Shown in pieces: positions 38,205 through 48,320 of a stretch of 64,000 nucleotides of DNA. The translations under genes were made by a program, and so were the position numbers. Source of the stretch: Verrucomicrobiales bacterium (GTDB taxonomy: Bacteria; Verrucomicrobiota; Verrucomicrobiia; Verrucomicrobiales; SLCJ01); contig JBJTQJ010000112.1 of the NCBI GenBank assembly GCA_046075565.1, positions 25,542 through 89,541 of the forward strand, written 5' to 3'. How positions within the stretch are numbered: position 1 is the first letter of the stretch; every line of letters starts with the position of its first letter. The notes under the pieces are model-generated. The model did not search any database and was not told where the DNA came from. It worked only from the letters and a program-made list of their open reading frames with translations.

Positions 38205-39032
38205 TCAGGGTGAGGATTGTTTTGGCAATGAAGCCTTTAGCTCTTTCACGTAGGATTCTTCGATCTCGTTGGCCTGGCGTCGGAATTCCTGGTAGGCCTG
38301 ATACTGCGCCATATTCAGAATCATGCTCAGCCCCACCCCCACCCGCAAGAGCTCTGGTGTTGTATCGCAAAAAGGGTCCTTGGAGCGAGTTTTCAGAAGC
38401 TCGAAATTCCGATCGGTTTCGATTTTGAATAGTTCACGGCGTTGATGTTCGCTCAGTTCCATGACCTTGGAATAGCCCCAGACTTTCCAAAGCGCATCTG
38501 CTTCCGCGTCGTTCCGGGTTTCGCTGTCTTTCTTGTGTGCGTAGATTTCGGCTTGTTCGGGTGTCAGGGACTCTTTTAACCACAGGCCTATTTGGGATCC
38601 TCCGAAGGAATCCTGATTGTCGGAAAGGGCCGCGAGAAGGGACTCTGTTTGTGAGGGGTTTAGATTTAACAGTGTGGTCAATTCAAGAGCTTCCAAACGA
38701 ATCTCGTGATGTAGCTTCACGAGGTGTTCAGGACTGCCAAAAGGAGGCGGATCCAGAATGAGTGGGAATTCAGGTTCTGTCGATTCCGGAGAAGAAGCCC
38801 GTGTCGCGGGATCTTTTCTCTTCCACGGCAGTCCGGCTGGCGGGTTGATGGTTGCGGCGTGGCCCGGTGCGTTTGCCTCTGCAACTTGCCTGGGAGCTTT
38901 GGCCGCCTCTTCGCCATGTCTCTCGGATACCTCCGCGGGCTTCCGGGCATGGAACCACGCGGTGGTTAGTCCCATGCCGAGGAGACAAGCCACCAGCGGG
39001 CTGATAAAATGGCTTGTTTTCCTATTTGTCAA
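38205..39032 (-). CDS. Membrane-anchored hypothetical protein with LTxxQ-like repeats (paralog A)
   Basis: N-terminal TM, Pro-rich linker, LEALELTTLLNLNPSQ, WLKESLTPEQAEIY, LSEHQR, YQEF; TTG start. Confidence 0.65.
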   Translation of the reverse strand: MTNRKTSHFISPLVACLLGMGLTTAWFHARKPAEVSERHGEEAAKAPRQVAEANAPGHAATINPPAGLPWKRKDPATRASSPESTEPEFPLILDPPPFGSPEHLVKLHHEIRLEALELTTLLNLNPSQTESLLAALSDNQDSFGGSQIGLWLKESLTPEQAEIYAHKKDSETRNDAEADALWKVWGYSKVMELSEHQRRELFKIETDRNFELLKTRSKDPFCDTTPELLRVGVGLSMILNMAQYQAYQEFRRQANEIEESYVKELKASLPKQSSP

Positions 39033-39903
39033 GGTGCACCTCCGTCAGTTCCCTGCTCTTGATGGCACGAAGTTCCTCTTCACCGCGCTGGAATTCCTGT
39101 TAACGACTCCACTGCTCGGGTGTCAGGATTTCCCCGACCTCGCGCACTGGGGGCAGTATCGTCACCTCTGACAGTCCCGAGACCGGGGCGCTGGCCTCAG
39201 CTGTCTCTTTGGGGATAACAAGCGCCACACCGGCTCCGGAACTCAGCATCATATTCCTTCGGGTCTCCGCGGCAAAGAGATCGAATCGTTGTTCGGGGGT
39301 GAGATCGAGCACTCTGGCCATCTTGTGGACGGACTCGAGAGCGGCCGATTCATAAGGTTCGTTCACCTTGGCCAGAGTGTTTCGGTTATAGGTTTTGGCC
39401 TGCTGCGCCGTCAGGTTCTCCTCCAGCCATTGTATCTTTGCCCCATCGAATATTAGTTCATCCCGTCGAGCCAAGGGAGCAGATTCGAGTTCGCGCAGCA
39501 GGACAGCTTCAAGCTCCTTCGACTGCCCCGTGCTTAGTCCGAGTAAGAAAGTCAGCTCTAGCGCATCAAGCCGGCGATTGCGGCGTTGCTCGGCGGCGAA
39601 GCCTGGAGAACCCGGGGCAAACTTCGGACTTTCGATGGTCAGCAGACCTGCTGTCGCCGGGGCTTCCAAAGCTCTTGGCGCTTGGGTGGAAGTGGTCGGC
39701 ACTTCAGGTTCGGTCGCAGATATTGGTCCGCGAGATTCCTCGGTTTTTGGCTCGGTTCTTACGCGTTCGGATGCGTCAACGACCTTGGTCTGCGGTGGAG
39801 CGGTTTTCTCCCGGCTCATATGCCATGCGGCCGCCATCCCGACGCCCACGGCCAAGGCCGCGAAGTTGATGAACACGGAACGAAGCTTGACCGGAAGATT
39901 CAT
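39022..39903 (-). pseudogene. Membrane-anchored LTxxQ-like protein (paralog B) with premature TAA near the C-terminus
   Basis: LDALELTFLLGLSTGQ, WLEENLTAQQAKTY, LDLTPEQR. EQWSR*QEFQR aligns to paralog AYQEFRR. The frame continues to a TAG at 39022 that overlaps the next start. Confidence 0.6.
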
Positions 39904-40012
39904 CGGGCGCAGAAGGCGATCACGAGGCCAGTGTCCGGGGTTTAGTGGTAAATGCAAGCCCTGAAGATGCGGGGATTCGATGAGGGAGGGGGAGTGCCGC
40001 CGCTCCGATATC

Positions 40013-40916
40013 CTATTCCTTTTCCACCGCTCCCATCTCTTCTGTCAGAAGCGTTTCTAGTTCCCACTGCTTTTGCTGAAATTCTACGTACGATGCGAGC
40101 TGATCTTCCGTAAGGATTTCCTCGAGCCAATTGTCGCGTCTGGAGAAGACGGGCATCTCGATCCGGCTTTCGGTGATCACCACGGTGGCAGGTGTTTCAA
40201 CGTTGTTGATGGCGGTCATGTCAATCGGTTCTCCGTAGCTGATGAATTCCTCGAATTCATCAGTTTCCACGTAGCTATCGGCGAATTTCTGAATGACCGC
40301 AGCGCGTTGTTCCTCGGTTAGATTCACGGTGCGGGTGATCGCCTTGGTATTCTCGAGTGCGTATTGCTCCCTTTTCTCTTGGCGCTTGGATTCCCTAAAG
40401 CGGAGATGCTTTTTTTTGTTCGGGGGTGAGGTTGGCTGCGAGCCAAGCGGCGGTTGGAGCGATCCAAGGAACATTTGTTGCCCATGGTTCTTTCGGTGCC
40501 AATTCTTGCAAGCGGTTTTCCGCCTCGGTGAGCGTCGAGGCCAACAACCCTTCGGCTTGCTTCGGATCGAGTTCGAGACGGTAAGTGAGTTCGAGGGCTT
40601 CGTTGCGGGCCTGGTATCGGAGTTGGGCGCGCATGCTCCGGCGGACGGATTCCATATCTGCGAACTCTTCGACTGGCGGTTTTTGCGCTGTTGGCTCCGC
40701 ATCCTTCGCGACGCTTTTGGTTTTCCATGGAGCAGTTTGCCCGGAGGTCTCGGAAGCGGTTGCTGCGGTGACCTGCGGATCCGTGCCCGCCTCCGCCGCC
40801 CGCAATTTCTCCGGATCGGCGGTATCTGGGGCCAGAAACCAGATCGCGGTCAGGCCCGCCCCGAGGGCCAAGGCCGCAAGGCTGGAAAGGGGAATCCGGA
40901 GTCGGGGCAGGAACAT
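40013..40916 (-). pseudogene. Membrane-anchored LTxxQ-like protein (paralog C), frameshifted at an A8 run
   Basis: N-half (MFLPRLRIP..NEALELTYRLELDPKQ..WLAANLTPEQKK) is in ORF 40395..41783; C-half (HLRFRESKRQ..VNLTEEQR..WLEEILTEDQLASYVEF) is in ORF 40013..40702; junction at the T8 run 40410-40417. Confidence 0.65.
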
Positions 40917-40964
40917 TGTTCTGTGGGCGCAACGCCGGGACAATGTCCGGGTTTGATACCAGCA

Positions 40965-41609
40965 ATGCAAGCTGCTAGCGTGGCTACTTTCCCAGTGGCC
41001 GACGAAACCACCAACCCCATTTCCCCGGAAGCCTCGGAGTCCAACGCCGAGGACATCCGGCTTATGCGCGCGACGGCGGCGGGCGATGACACCGCTTTCC
41101 GGCGCTTGGTGGAGAAACACCAGGGCAGCGTGATCGGCACCATCGCCAAGATGACGGGGCGCCCGTCCGAGTCGGAGGATTTGGCCCAGCAGGTGTTCGT
41201 GCGGGTCTGGAAATCGGCCCCGCGTTATGAGCCGTCGGCGAAGTTCACGACGTGGTTGTTCACCATCGTGCGGAATCTCGTTTTTAATGAAAGCCGCCGC
41301 ACCTACCGGAAACACGAGGTTTCCATGGAGGCGCAGGTCGAGGCGACCCATTTCGAAACACCGGACAATGTGACACCGCTTCCCGATTCGATGGTGCTTC
41401 ACGACGAGCTGCGGGAGGCGGCTGACAAGGCCATTGCCGCGTTGCCCGAGCAAGCCCGTATGGCGGTGATCCTCCGACGCTTCGAGGACGCCCCCTATGA
41501 GGAAATTGCCGAGGTGCTCGACACGACGGTTCCGGCGGTGAAGAGCCTGCTTTTCCGCGCCCGGATTCAGATTCGGGAAAGCCTGCGGACCTATCTGGAG
41601 GAAGAGTAA
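40965..41609 (+). CDS. ECF-type sigma-70 factor
   Basis: GDDTAFRRLV, EDLAQQVFVRVW, FTTWLFTIVRN, LPEQARMAVILR, YEEIAEVL..TVPAVKSLLFRAR. Confidence 0.92.
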   Translation: MQAASVATFPVADETTNPISPEASESNAEDIRLMRATAAGDDTAFRRLVEKHQGSVIGTIAKMTGRPSESEDLAQQVFVRVWKSAPRYEPSAKFTTWLFTIVRNLVFNESRRTYRKHEVSMEAQVEATHFETPDNVTPLPDSMVLHDELREAADKAIAALPEQARMAVILRRFEDAPYEEIAEVLDTTVPAVKSLLFRARIQIRESLRTYLEEE

Positions 41610-41695
41610 CGCTACGGGGCAGGCGCCACGAGGCCATGTGCTAACAAATCCGTCGCTTGGCAGGGCGGGGGATCCGGGGCATGGTAGCGGCGCTG

Positions 41696-42784
41696 ATGGC
41701 TGAAACAATCCCACCTCCCCCCGCTGGAAACGATACCGTGAGTCCGAATGCGCCACTGCCACAGGGAGCACGCATGCCATCATGGTTGCGGAAAATCTCG
41801 ATCTGGTTGCTTCGGGTGGTCACCGTTCTTGCCCTGGCCTGGGCCTTCGGGGCGATTTGCTTCGATTTGCCGGGTGGTGCGGTCACCGCATTTCTGTGGT
41901 TGGCGACCGCTGTCGGGACACGCTTCGCGCTGCGTCGTTGGCGGAGTCCCGCTTTGGTCTGGCCGGCATTTTTCCTCATCGTCTGGCTGCCTTGGGTCCT
42001 TATCCGTCCGTCGAACGATCGCGAGTGGGCACCGGAATATGCGCGTGCCGCGAAAGCCACGGTGTCTGGTGATGTGGTCACCGTCGAGAACGTGCGGGAT
42101 TTCGACTACGAGAAAGGTGCGGACGGGAAAATCATCCAGATCCCACATTGGGAGACGCGGACTTATCGGCTATCCGAACTGCGCGGGCTCGACATGTTCA
42201 TCAATTACTGGGGGTCGCCGTGGATGGCCCATCCGATCTTGAGTTTTGATTTCGGTCCGGATGGACGTCTTGCCTTTTCCATCGAGACCCGCCGCGAGGC
42301 CACGGAGGGATATTCCGCGCTCGCCGGCCTCTACAAGGTCTATGAACTGAGTTATATCGCCGCCGATGAACGCGACGTCATCCGCGTGCGCACGAATTTC
42401 CGGGAAAACGAGGATGTGTATCTCTATCGGCTTCGCACCCCGCCGGATAAGGCGCGGGAGAGGTTCCTCGAATACGTGACCCGCATCAACCAACTCAACG
42501 AGCGGGCCCAATTTTATGACGTGCTGATGGCCAATTGTACCACCAGCATCCGGGCGCAGATGTCGGCGGCCAACCATCTGCCATGGGATTGGCGGTATCT
42601 GCTAAATGGCAAAATGGATCTCCTGCTCTGGCGACGGGGGGCTTTCCGCCATCCCGAGGGCATGGATTTTGCCGCTTTGAAAAACCAAGCCCACATCAAT
42701 CCCGCCGCCCATGCCGTCGGGAATGCGGAGGACTTTTCCGATCAGATTCGCCGCGGTCGTGCCGGCTTCCAAGGCGAGCCGTGA
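41696..42784 (+). CDS. DUF4105 (Lnb N-terminal-like) membrane protein
   Basis: Three TMs; PSNDREW, NVRDFDY, AHPILSF, SIETRRE, ADERD, NCTT motifs. Start uncertain. Confidence 0.8.
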   Translation: MAETIPPPPAGNDTVSPNAPLPQGARMPSWLRKISIWLLRVVTVLALAWAFGAICFDLPGGAVTAFLWLATAVGTRFALRRWRSPALVWPAFFLIVWLPWVLIRPSNDREWAPEYARAAKATVSGDVVTVENVRDFDYEKGADGKIIQIPHWETRTYRLSELRGLDMFINYWGSPWMAHPILSFDFGPDGRLAFSIETRREATEGYSALAGLYKVYELSYIAADERDVIRVRTNFRENEDVYLYRLRTPPDKARERFLEYVTRINQLNERAQFYDVLMANCTTSIRAQMSAANHLPWDWRYLLNGKMDLLLWRRGAFRHPEGMDFAALKNQAHINPAAHAVGNAEDFSDQIRRGRAGFQGEP

Positions 42785-42883
42785 TTCTGTTTTGCCGGAC
42801 AAAACCCGGATGACAAATCCCCCGGCCCGTGGTTCCGTATGCGCCCGCCAAACTGGCGGTCAGCCCGCATCTTAAGCTTTACC

Positions 42884-44161
42884 ATGAAAATTCTCGTCGC
42901 TTACTCCGGTGGTCTCGATACCAGCGTCATCCTCAAGTGGATCAAGGAACATTATCAGGCCGAGGTCATCGCCTATTGCGCGGACGTCGGACAAGAAGAG
43001 GAACTCGACGGCCTCGAAGCCAAGGCCCTCAACACCGGCGCCTCGAAATGTATCATCGATGATCTGCGGGAGCCTTTCGCCCGTGATTTCATTTATCCCA
43101 TGCTCCAAGCCGGGGCCATTTATGAAGGCCAATACCTGCTCGGCACCAGCATCGCCCGGCCCTGCATCGCCGAGGGCATGGTCCGCGCCGCGCTCGCCGA
43201 GGGAGCCGATGCCATCGCTCATGGCGCGACCGGCAAAGGCAACGATCAGGTGCGGTTTGAGTTGACCGTGGCCGCACTCGCCCCGCAGATCGAGGTCATT
43301 GCCCCGTGGCGGATGCAGGTCTATCGCGATGCCTTCCCAGGCCGCGCTGAAATGATCGCCTATGCCGCCGAACACAATATCCCCGTGCAGGCGAGCGCGA
43401 AAAAGCCCTACAGCATGGACCGCAACCTCCTGCATATCAGCTACGAGAGCGGAATGTTGGAAGACCCGTGGTTCGACAGCACCACGCCGGAAACGCGCGA
43501 CATGTATGTGCTGACCACTTCGCCCGAGGAAGCTCCCGACAAGGCGGAATACGTGCAGGTTCTTTTTGAAGGCGGCAATGCCATCGGCCTGCTGGGCGAA
43601 AGCGTCGCCGACCTCGCCGCCAAATACGGAGTCGCGAGCACCGGCAAACGCGACGGCTACACCCTTTTCACCCCGTTCGGAGTGATGCGTGTGCTCAATG
43701 CTCTCGCCTCCCGTCACGGCGTTGGTCGCGTCGATATCGTGGAAAACCGCTTCGTCGGCATGAAAAGCCGGGGCGTCTATGAAACCCCGGGTGGCACCAT
43801 CCTGCACCGCGCCCACCGCGATCTCGAGACCCTGGTCGTGGACCGCGAGGTCATGCTGCTGCGTGACCAACTGATCCCGAAATACGCGCAGTTGGTTTAC
43901 AATGGTTTCTGGTTCGCTCCCGAACGCGAGGCCCTCCAGGCTCTCGTCGCCGAGTCGCAGAAACGTGTCACCGGCGAGGTGCGGGTGAAACTCTACAAGG
44001 GCAATATCATGAGCGCCGGGCGGCGTTCTCCGTTCAGCCTCTACGACGAAGCCATCGCGACCATGGAGGCCGACCCGACCCGCGCCTACAATCAGGACGA
44101 CGCCACAGGCTTCATCCGCCTCAATGCCCTCCGCCTGAAACTGGGCAAGGACCACAAATAA
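42884..44161 (+). CDS. argG: Argininosuccinate synthase
   Basis: [59 protein letters not shown]. Confidence 0.97.
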   Translation: MKILVAYSGGLDTSVILKWIKEHYQAEVIAYCADVGQEEELDGLEAKALNTGASKCIIDDLREPFARDFIYPMLQAGAIYEGQYLLGTSIARPCIAEGMVRAALAEGADAIAHGATGKGNDQVRFELTVAALAPQIEVIAPWRMQVYRDAFPGRAEMIAYAAEHNIPVQASAKKPYSMDRNLLHISYESGMLEDPWFDSTTPETRDMYVLTTSPEEAPDKAEYVQVLFEGGNAIGLLGESVADLAAKYGVASTGKRDGYTLFTPFGVMRVLNALASRHGVGRVDIVENRFVGMKSRGVYETPGGTILHRAHRDLETLVVDREVMLLRDQLIPKYAQLVYNGFWFAPEREALQALVAESQKRVTGEVRVKLYKGNIMSAGRRSPFSLYDEAIATMEADPTRAYNQDDATGFIRLNALRLKLGKDHK

Positions 44162-44189
44162 TGGGCCGGAACCCGCGACTTCGGACTTA

Positions 44190-44323
44190 TAGCGGCACGG
44201 CTTCCCTTGCTGGGCGGGCGATGCTCCACCTCGTTTGAGTTGCGGCGTCCTCTCCCATCGGAACGCGAAGGCGTTCCGCTACACCTTGGGGTTTCCCAGT
44301 AGCGGCACGGCTTCCCGTGCCGG
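44190..44323. repeat. REP-like palindromes (GTAGCGG..CCGCTAC family)
   Basis: CGGAACGCGAAGGCGTTCCGCTAC and AGTAGCGGCACGGCTTCCCGTGCCG; the same units recur at 60800-60977. Confidence 0.78.
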
Positions 44324-44422
44324 ACGAGGGGCTTTCCACGTCCTCCTAACCCCGAAATCGGGCGCCCGCCACCACCCGGATCCCGGCTTGACCAAGGGCC
44401 CGGCGGCATGGAAATTGGAAAT

Positions 44423-45304
44423 ATGCTTCGGCAAGCCCTTGCCATCCTCCTCGCGGTCGCCCTCCCGGCGGGCCTGCGCGCCCAATCCCCTGGAACGGAA
44501 TTTTCCGCTTTTCTTGAGGAAAGGGTCGCCCTGATCCCCGAAGATCGCGCCATTCCCGACGAAGCGCTTCCCAACCTGACCGTCCGCGCCGATATAAACA
44601 AGGGCAGCCTGCTCCTCGTCTTCGATTGCGATGCCCGGAACCTGAATCCCCCCGAGGGGGAGGCCGCGCCTTACACGTTGGAATTGCTCCTCTCTTCTCC
44701 GGATGGCAAGCGGAAATTTGCCTTCCTCGTGACTGGTTCGCGTTCGGCCGACCAAATGGATCTGGTCGTCACTCCCGCCCCCGGACGTGAAAAAGAGGCT
44801 CTCCCTGAGCAAGTGACGGCCCGCCAAACCACCCGCGAGGATGGAATCCGCCGGGTCTCCGTTTCCATCCCGCTCGCCGAACTGGAAAAATTCGGCATCA
44901 CCGAACACGCCCGCTGGCAGGCCATCTGGCGTCAACTCACCAACTACTCCCATGACCAAAAGCCCGTCTATGCTCCCACCGGGGGGCTGGTGCTTGCCCT
45001 TCCGACCAAGGAAGCCGATTTGTTCTTGCGCTCACCCCTGCCCGCCGACGTGGTTGCCATGTTGACGATGCTGTCCTCCGCGACCGACGCCCGCTGCGAG
45101 GCCCGCTGCATGCGCCGCCTGCTTTGGGTGGGTGCCCGTGACGAATCCCTCCGGGGCGCCCTCGTCATGGCCCTCGAACACGCGGATCCGTCCATCCGCC
45201 GGGCTTCCGCCCGCGTTTGGATCGAGTGGTTAGTGGCCGAGACCCCCGGTTTGGCCGAACTCAAGTCAAAAGCCGAGGCCATCCTGCTCGAAACCGAGCC
45301 CTGA
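44423..45304 (+). CDS. Hypothetical exported protein, possible C-terminal HEAT-like repeat
   Basis: Signal-peptide-like N-terminus; codon-like composition; ALEHADPSIRRASA resembles a HEAT repeat. Confidence 0.6.
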   Translation: MLRQALAILLAVALPAGLRAQSPGTEFSAFLEERVALIPEDRAIPDEALPNLTVRADINKGSLLLVFDCDARNLNPPEGEAAPYTLELLLSSPDGKRKFAFLVTGSRSADQMDLVVTPAPGREKEALPEQVTARQTTREDGIRRVSVSIPLAELEKFGITEHARWQAIWRQLTNYSHDQKPVYAPTGGLVLALPTKEADLFLRSPLPADVVAMLTMLSSATDARCEARCMRRLLWVGARDESLRGALVMALEHADPSIRRASARVWIEWLVAETPGLAELKSKAEAILLETEP

Positions 45305-45332
45305 TTCCACCCTTTCCCAGCCACACCGAACT

Positions 45333-45713
45333 TTGCAACCCGACTCTCTTATCGGCCAAGACTTGGCCATCGCCGCCGCCCGTCTCGCCGACACGAAACA
45401 AGCCGAGGACATCGTCGTCCTCGATCTGCGCGGCCTCTCGAACATCGCCGACTACTTTGTCATCTGCTCGGCCAACTCGCCGCCGCACCTCAATGCCATC
45501 CGCCGCGAGGTCGCCGATGAGTTGAAGACCGCCCATGGCGTCGGCCCCTACGGACGCGACGGCGCCCTCGATAGCCTCTGGACCGTGCTCGACTTCGTGG
45601 ACGTGGTCGTGCACATCCTCCATCGCGACAAACGCGAGTTTTATTCCATCGAAGCCCTTTGGTCCGACGCGCCCAAGGTAGATTGGCAGTCCAGCATGCC
45701 GTCGCCGGCGTAA
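45333..45713 (+). CDS. rsfS: Ribosome silencing factor RsfS
   Basis: KQAEDIVVLDL, ADYFVICS, WTVLDFVDVVVHI, REFYSIEALW. Confidence 0.93.
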   Translation: MQPDSLIGQDLAIAAARLADTKQAEDIVVLDLRGLSNIADYFVICSANSPPHLNAIRREVADELKTAHGVGPYGRDGALDSLWTVLDFVDVVVHILHRDKREFYSIEALWSDAPKVDWQSSMPSPA

Positions 45714-45725
45714 AGTGCGGCTCTC

Positions 45726-46973
45726 ATGCCCATCGTCTGCGACATCCTCAATACCGGTTCCGAGCTTGTGCTCGGACGCACCCTCAACCGCCACGGCGCG
45801 TGGTTCGGACAAAAACTTTTTCTCGAAGGGATTGAAGTCCGTCGCGCCCTCGTCTTGCCCGATGGGCCGATCATCCAGGAAGAAATGGCCCGCTCGCTTG
45901 CCGAAGCCGACCTCGTGCTCGTTACCGGCGGGCTCGGCCCGACCAACGACGATCTGACCCGCGAATACGCCTGCGCCTGCCTCGGCGTTGGCATGGAACT
46001 GGACCCCGTCAGCTACGGGCGCATCGAAGCCCGCCTCGCCGCCCGTGGACGTGTCTGCGGGGAAAACCAGCGTCGCCAAGCCATGGTTCCCCACGGAGCG
46101 ATGGCCCTCGCCAACGATCACGGCACCGCTCCCGGACTCGCCTTCGCCGGACGCGACGCCTTGCCCGGCCAAAAGGCCCGTCTGCTTTGCCTGCTGCCCG
46201 GCCCACCGCGCGAACTTCATCCGATGTTCAACCAGCAGGTCCTGCCGCTTTTGGAAAAACTTTTCGCCGCCGAAACGCACCGCCGCCGCATCCGCGAATA
46301 CCATTTCGTCGGCATCGGGGAAGGGGAGTTGGCGGAAAAACTCGACCCGCTCGTCGAACCGATCCCCGGACTGGAAATCGGCTACTGCGCCCACAATACC
46401 GGCACCATGGAACTCCGCCTCGTCGGCGACGAATCCGCCCTCAGCGCCGGTGATGGAGCGGTGCGCCCCGCTCTCGGTCCCGAATTTTACTCCGACTCCG
46501 ACGCCGATCTTGCCCGCGCGCTCGTCGGACTCTTGCGCGAACGCGGACAAACCATCGCCACCGCCGAATCGTGCACCGGCGGGGCGGTCGCTTCCGCTCT
46601 TACCGATGTGCCCGGTGCATCGAATGTCTTCGGCCACGGTTTTGTAACCTACGCTAACGAGGCGAAATCAAATCATCTCGTCGTGGAGAAGGCACTGCTT
46701 GAGACACATGGAGCTGTTAGCGAGGAAGTCGCCCTCGCCATGGCCAAGGGCGCGCTCGCTGCCTCCGGCGCGAATATCGCCCTCAGCTTGACCGGTATCG
46801 CCGGACCCGACGGCGGTACGGAAGAAAAACCCGTTGGCACTCTCTGGGTCGGCCTCGCCCGCTCCGATGGTTTCACCCTCGCCCGCCGCCACCGCTTCCT
46901 CTGCGACCGCGCCACCTTCAAACGCCTCGCCGTCACGCAGGCGCTCGATTTCGCACGAAGGAATTTGGGGTGA
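45726..46973 (+). CDS. cinA: CinA (competence/damage-inducible protein; molybdopterin-binding-like + PncC NMN deamidase)
   Basis: GSELVLG..N, VTGGLGPTNDDLT, GTAPG, LPGPPRE; ATAESCTGG, PGAS, HGAVSEE, TGIAGPDGG..KPVG. Confidence 0.92.
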   Translation: MPIVCDILNTGSELVLGRTLNRHGAWFGQKLFLEGIEVRRALVLPDGPIIQEEMARSLAEADLVLVTGGLGPTNDDLTREYACACLGVGMELDPVSYGRIEARLAARGRVCGENQRRQAMVPHGAMALANDHGTAPGLAFAGRDALPGQKARLLCLLPGPPRELHPMFNQQVLPLLEKLFAAETHRRRIREYHFVGIGEGELAEKLDPLVEPIPGLEIGYCAHNTGTMELRLVGDESALSAGDGAVRPALGPEFYSDSDADLARALVGLLRERGQTIATAESCTGGAVASALTDVPGASNVFGHGFVTYANEAKSNHLVVEKALLETHGAVSEEVALAMAKGALAASGANIALSLTGIAGPDGGTEEKPVGTLWVGLARSDGFTLARRHRFLCDRATFKRLAVTQALDFARRNLG

Positions 46974-47030
46974 TCTCAGGCAAGAGCATCCTGATATTGC
47001 CCTGTCGCGCTTCCGCAACCCAAACGACCA

Positions 47031-47285
47031 TCACCGGTCGGATGCGTGAATGTCGAGAATTTTCACGTGGCGGTCTACGTCATCAATCCAATACATCAAG
47101 GCGAAATCTTCAGCGATGCGGATGTGGATGGATCTGCCGGTATCGTCAAAATCAGTTGCATCAGAACAGGCGAACGGATCTTCACCGATCGCCGCTATGG
47201 CAGACCGCAAGGGTTTCCGTTGCCGGGAAGGCAATCGCTCCACGAACTCGACAACCTCCATCGATATGAGCAGCCGATAACGCAT
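47031..47285 (-). CDS. RelE/ParE-like toxin (putative)
   Basis: 84 aa RelE-like layout (YRLLIS..FVERLP..LMYWIDD...VKILDI), immediately downstream of a small partner gene. Confidence 0.6.
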   Translation of the reverse strand: MRYRLLISMEVVEFVERLPSRQRKPLRSAIAAIGEDPFACSDATDFDDTGRSIHIRIAEDFALMYWIDDVDRHVKILDIHASDR

Positions 47286-47287
47286 GT

Positions 47288-47482
47288 TCAGGAGGAAACC
47301 CGACGGTCGTATTCTTCCAGCGAAACCCAGTTTTCCGGATTCCCATCATCGATTTTCCTTGCCAGAGACTTCCGATATTCGGCCAGATCCTGATGGCGCA
47401 ACATGACGAGCCAAGCGGCGAGCCGCCGCCGCTCTTCCGTGGAAAGACCCTGGATCGCCTTTTGGATTTCGGCCACGCTCAT
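47288..47482 (-). CDS. Putative antitoxin (addiction-module-like)
   Basis: MSVAEIQKAIQGLSTEERRRLAAWL..WVSLEE; 2 nt upstream of the putative toxin. Confidence 0.6.
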   Translation of the reverse strand: MSVAEIQKAIQGLSTEERRRLAAWLVMLRHQDLAEYRKSLARKIDDGNPENWVSLEEYDRRVSS

Positions 47483-47599
47483 GATGGAAGGTTCATCAAA
47501 AAGGCGGTTTTCGCAAGTGTTTGATCAAGGTGTCGGCGCTGAAAGTCAGGTTCCCGGATGAAGGCTCTAAACCGACAGTATTAGGCCGCTTTGCCCCTG

Positions 47600-48090
47600 A
47601 AAGCGCCGCCGATGTCGGCGCACTCCAACACAAGGGCTCGTCTTGCTCGTCTCTCTCAAGTTTCCCCGCGGCTCCTCGAAGGGTGGTCCCGACTCACTGA
47701 GCCGCCGCGTCACCCCCCAAGAGAAGGGAAGAATCCCAGCAGTCCAAGAGCCTGCGGCGCTACGCAAAGCCAACCCCGAGAGCCACGCTCTCCCTTTTCC
47801 ATGGAGCCACAGATCATCCGCCGGAGGCTCTGGACTGCGGTGGTTCCTCCACCGCTTTGGGGTAAGCTCCTGTATCGCCCTTACGAACCGACAAACCGGA
47901 CGATCCCTCCACAAGACTGCTCTCTCCAATAAAGTGAGTTTAGGTATCTCCCGGTTATGGACGCTGAAAGGGTTGCGTCCAACGGGGGCACAACCCTTAC
48001 AGGGTTGATGATATTTGGCTTGGAACTCCCGGGGTAGCCCCGCACACGGCGCAACCCCGGGCTCCGGGACACAATCCCTTCGGGATAGCG
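47600..48090. repeat. Mosaic of REP-like palindromes in a long intergenic region
   Basis: Copies of the 20.8 kb family (47726-47760, 47818-47860), AAAGCGCCG..CGGCGCACTCCAA, and CCCGGGGTAGC..GCAACCCCGGG / AACCCTTACAGGGTT-type hairpins. Confidence 0.7.
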
Positions 48091-48320
48091 CGAATGAGAC
48101 CATAGACAGCCAAGAGAAAAGGTGTGAACGTGGAGATAGCACGCTCACTTTTTTGTCCTGCTCCCGAGCTTTCGCGGGAGCTGGTCTCGGTCGGGCGACC
48201 GCGTGAAGGGAAAAGCGTCTGGCGTTCCCCTGTGGCCAATTTTTCCCCACGATTCGGGCTTGCGGTAAACACGGTCTGGGAATTAATGTGGCCGCTTGCC
48301 GCATCGGCTGAGGATTTTTT

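Noticed and set aside
47869-47880. att-site duplicate of the tRNA-Val 3' end (CCTGTATCGC)
   Set aside because: Only a 10-nt match, the intervening genes are core genes, and there is no integrase.
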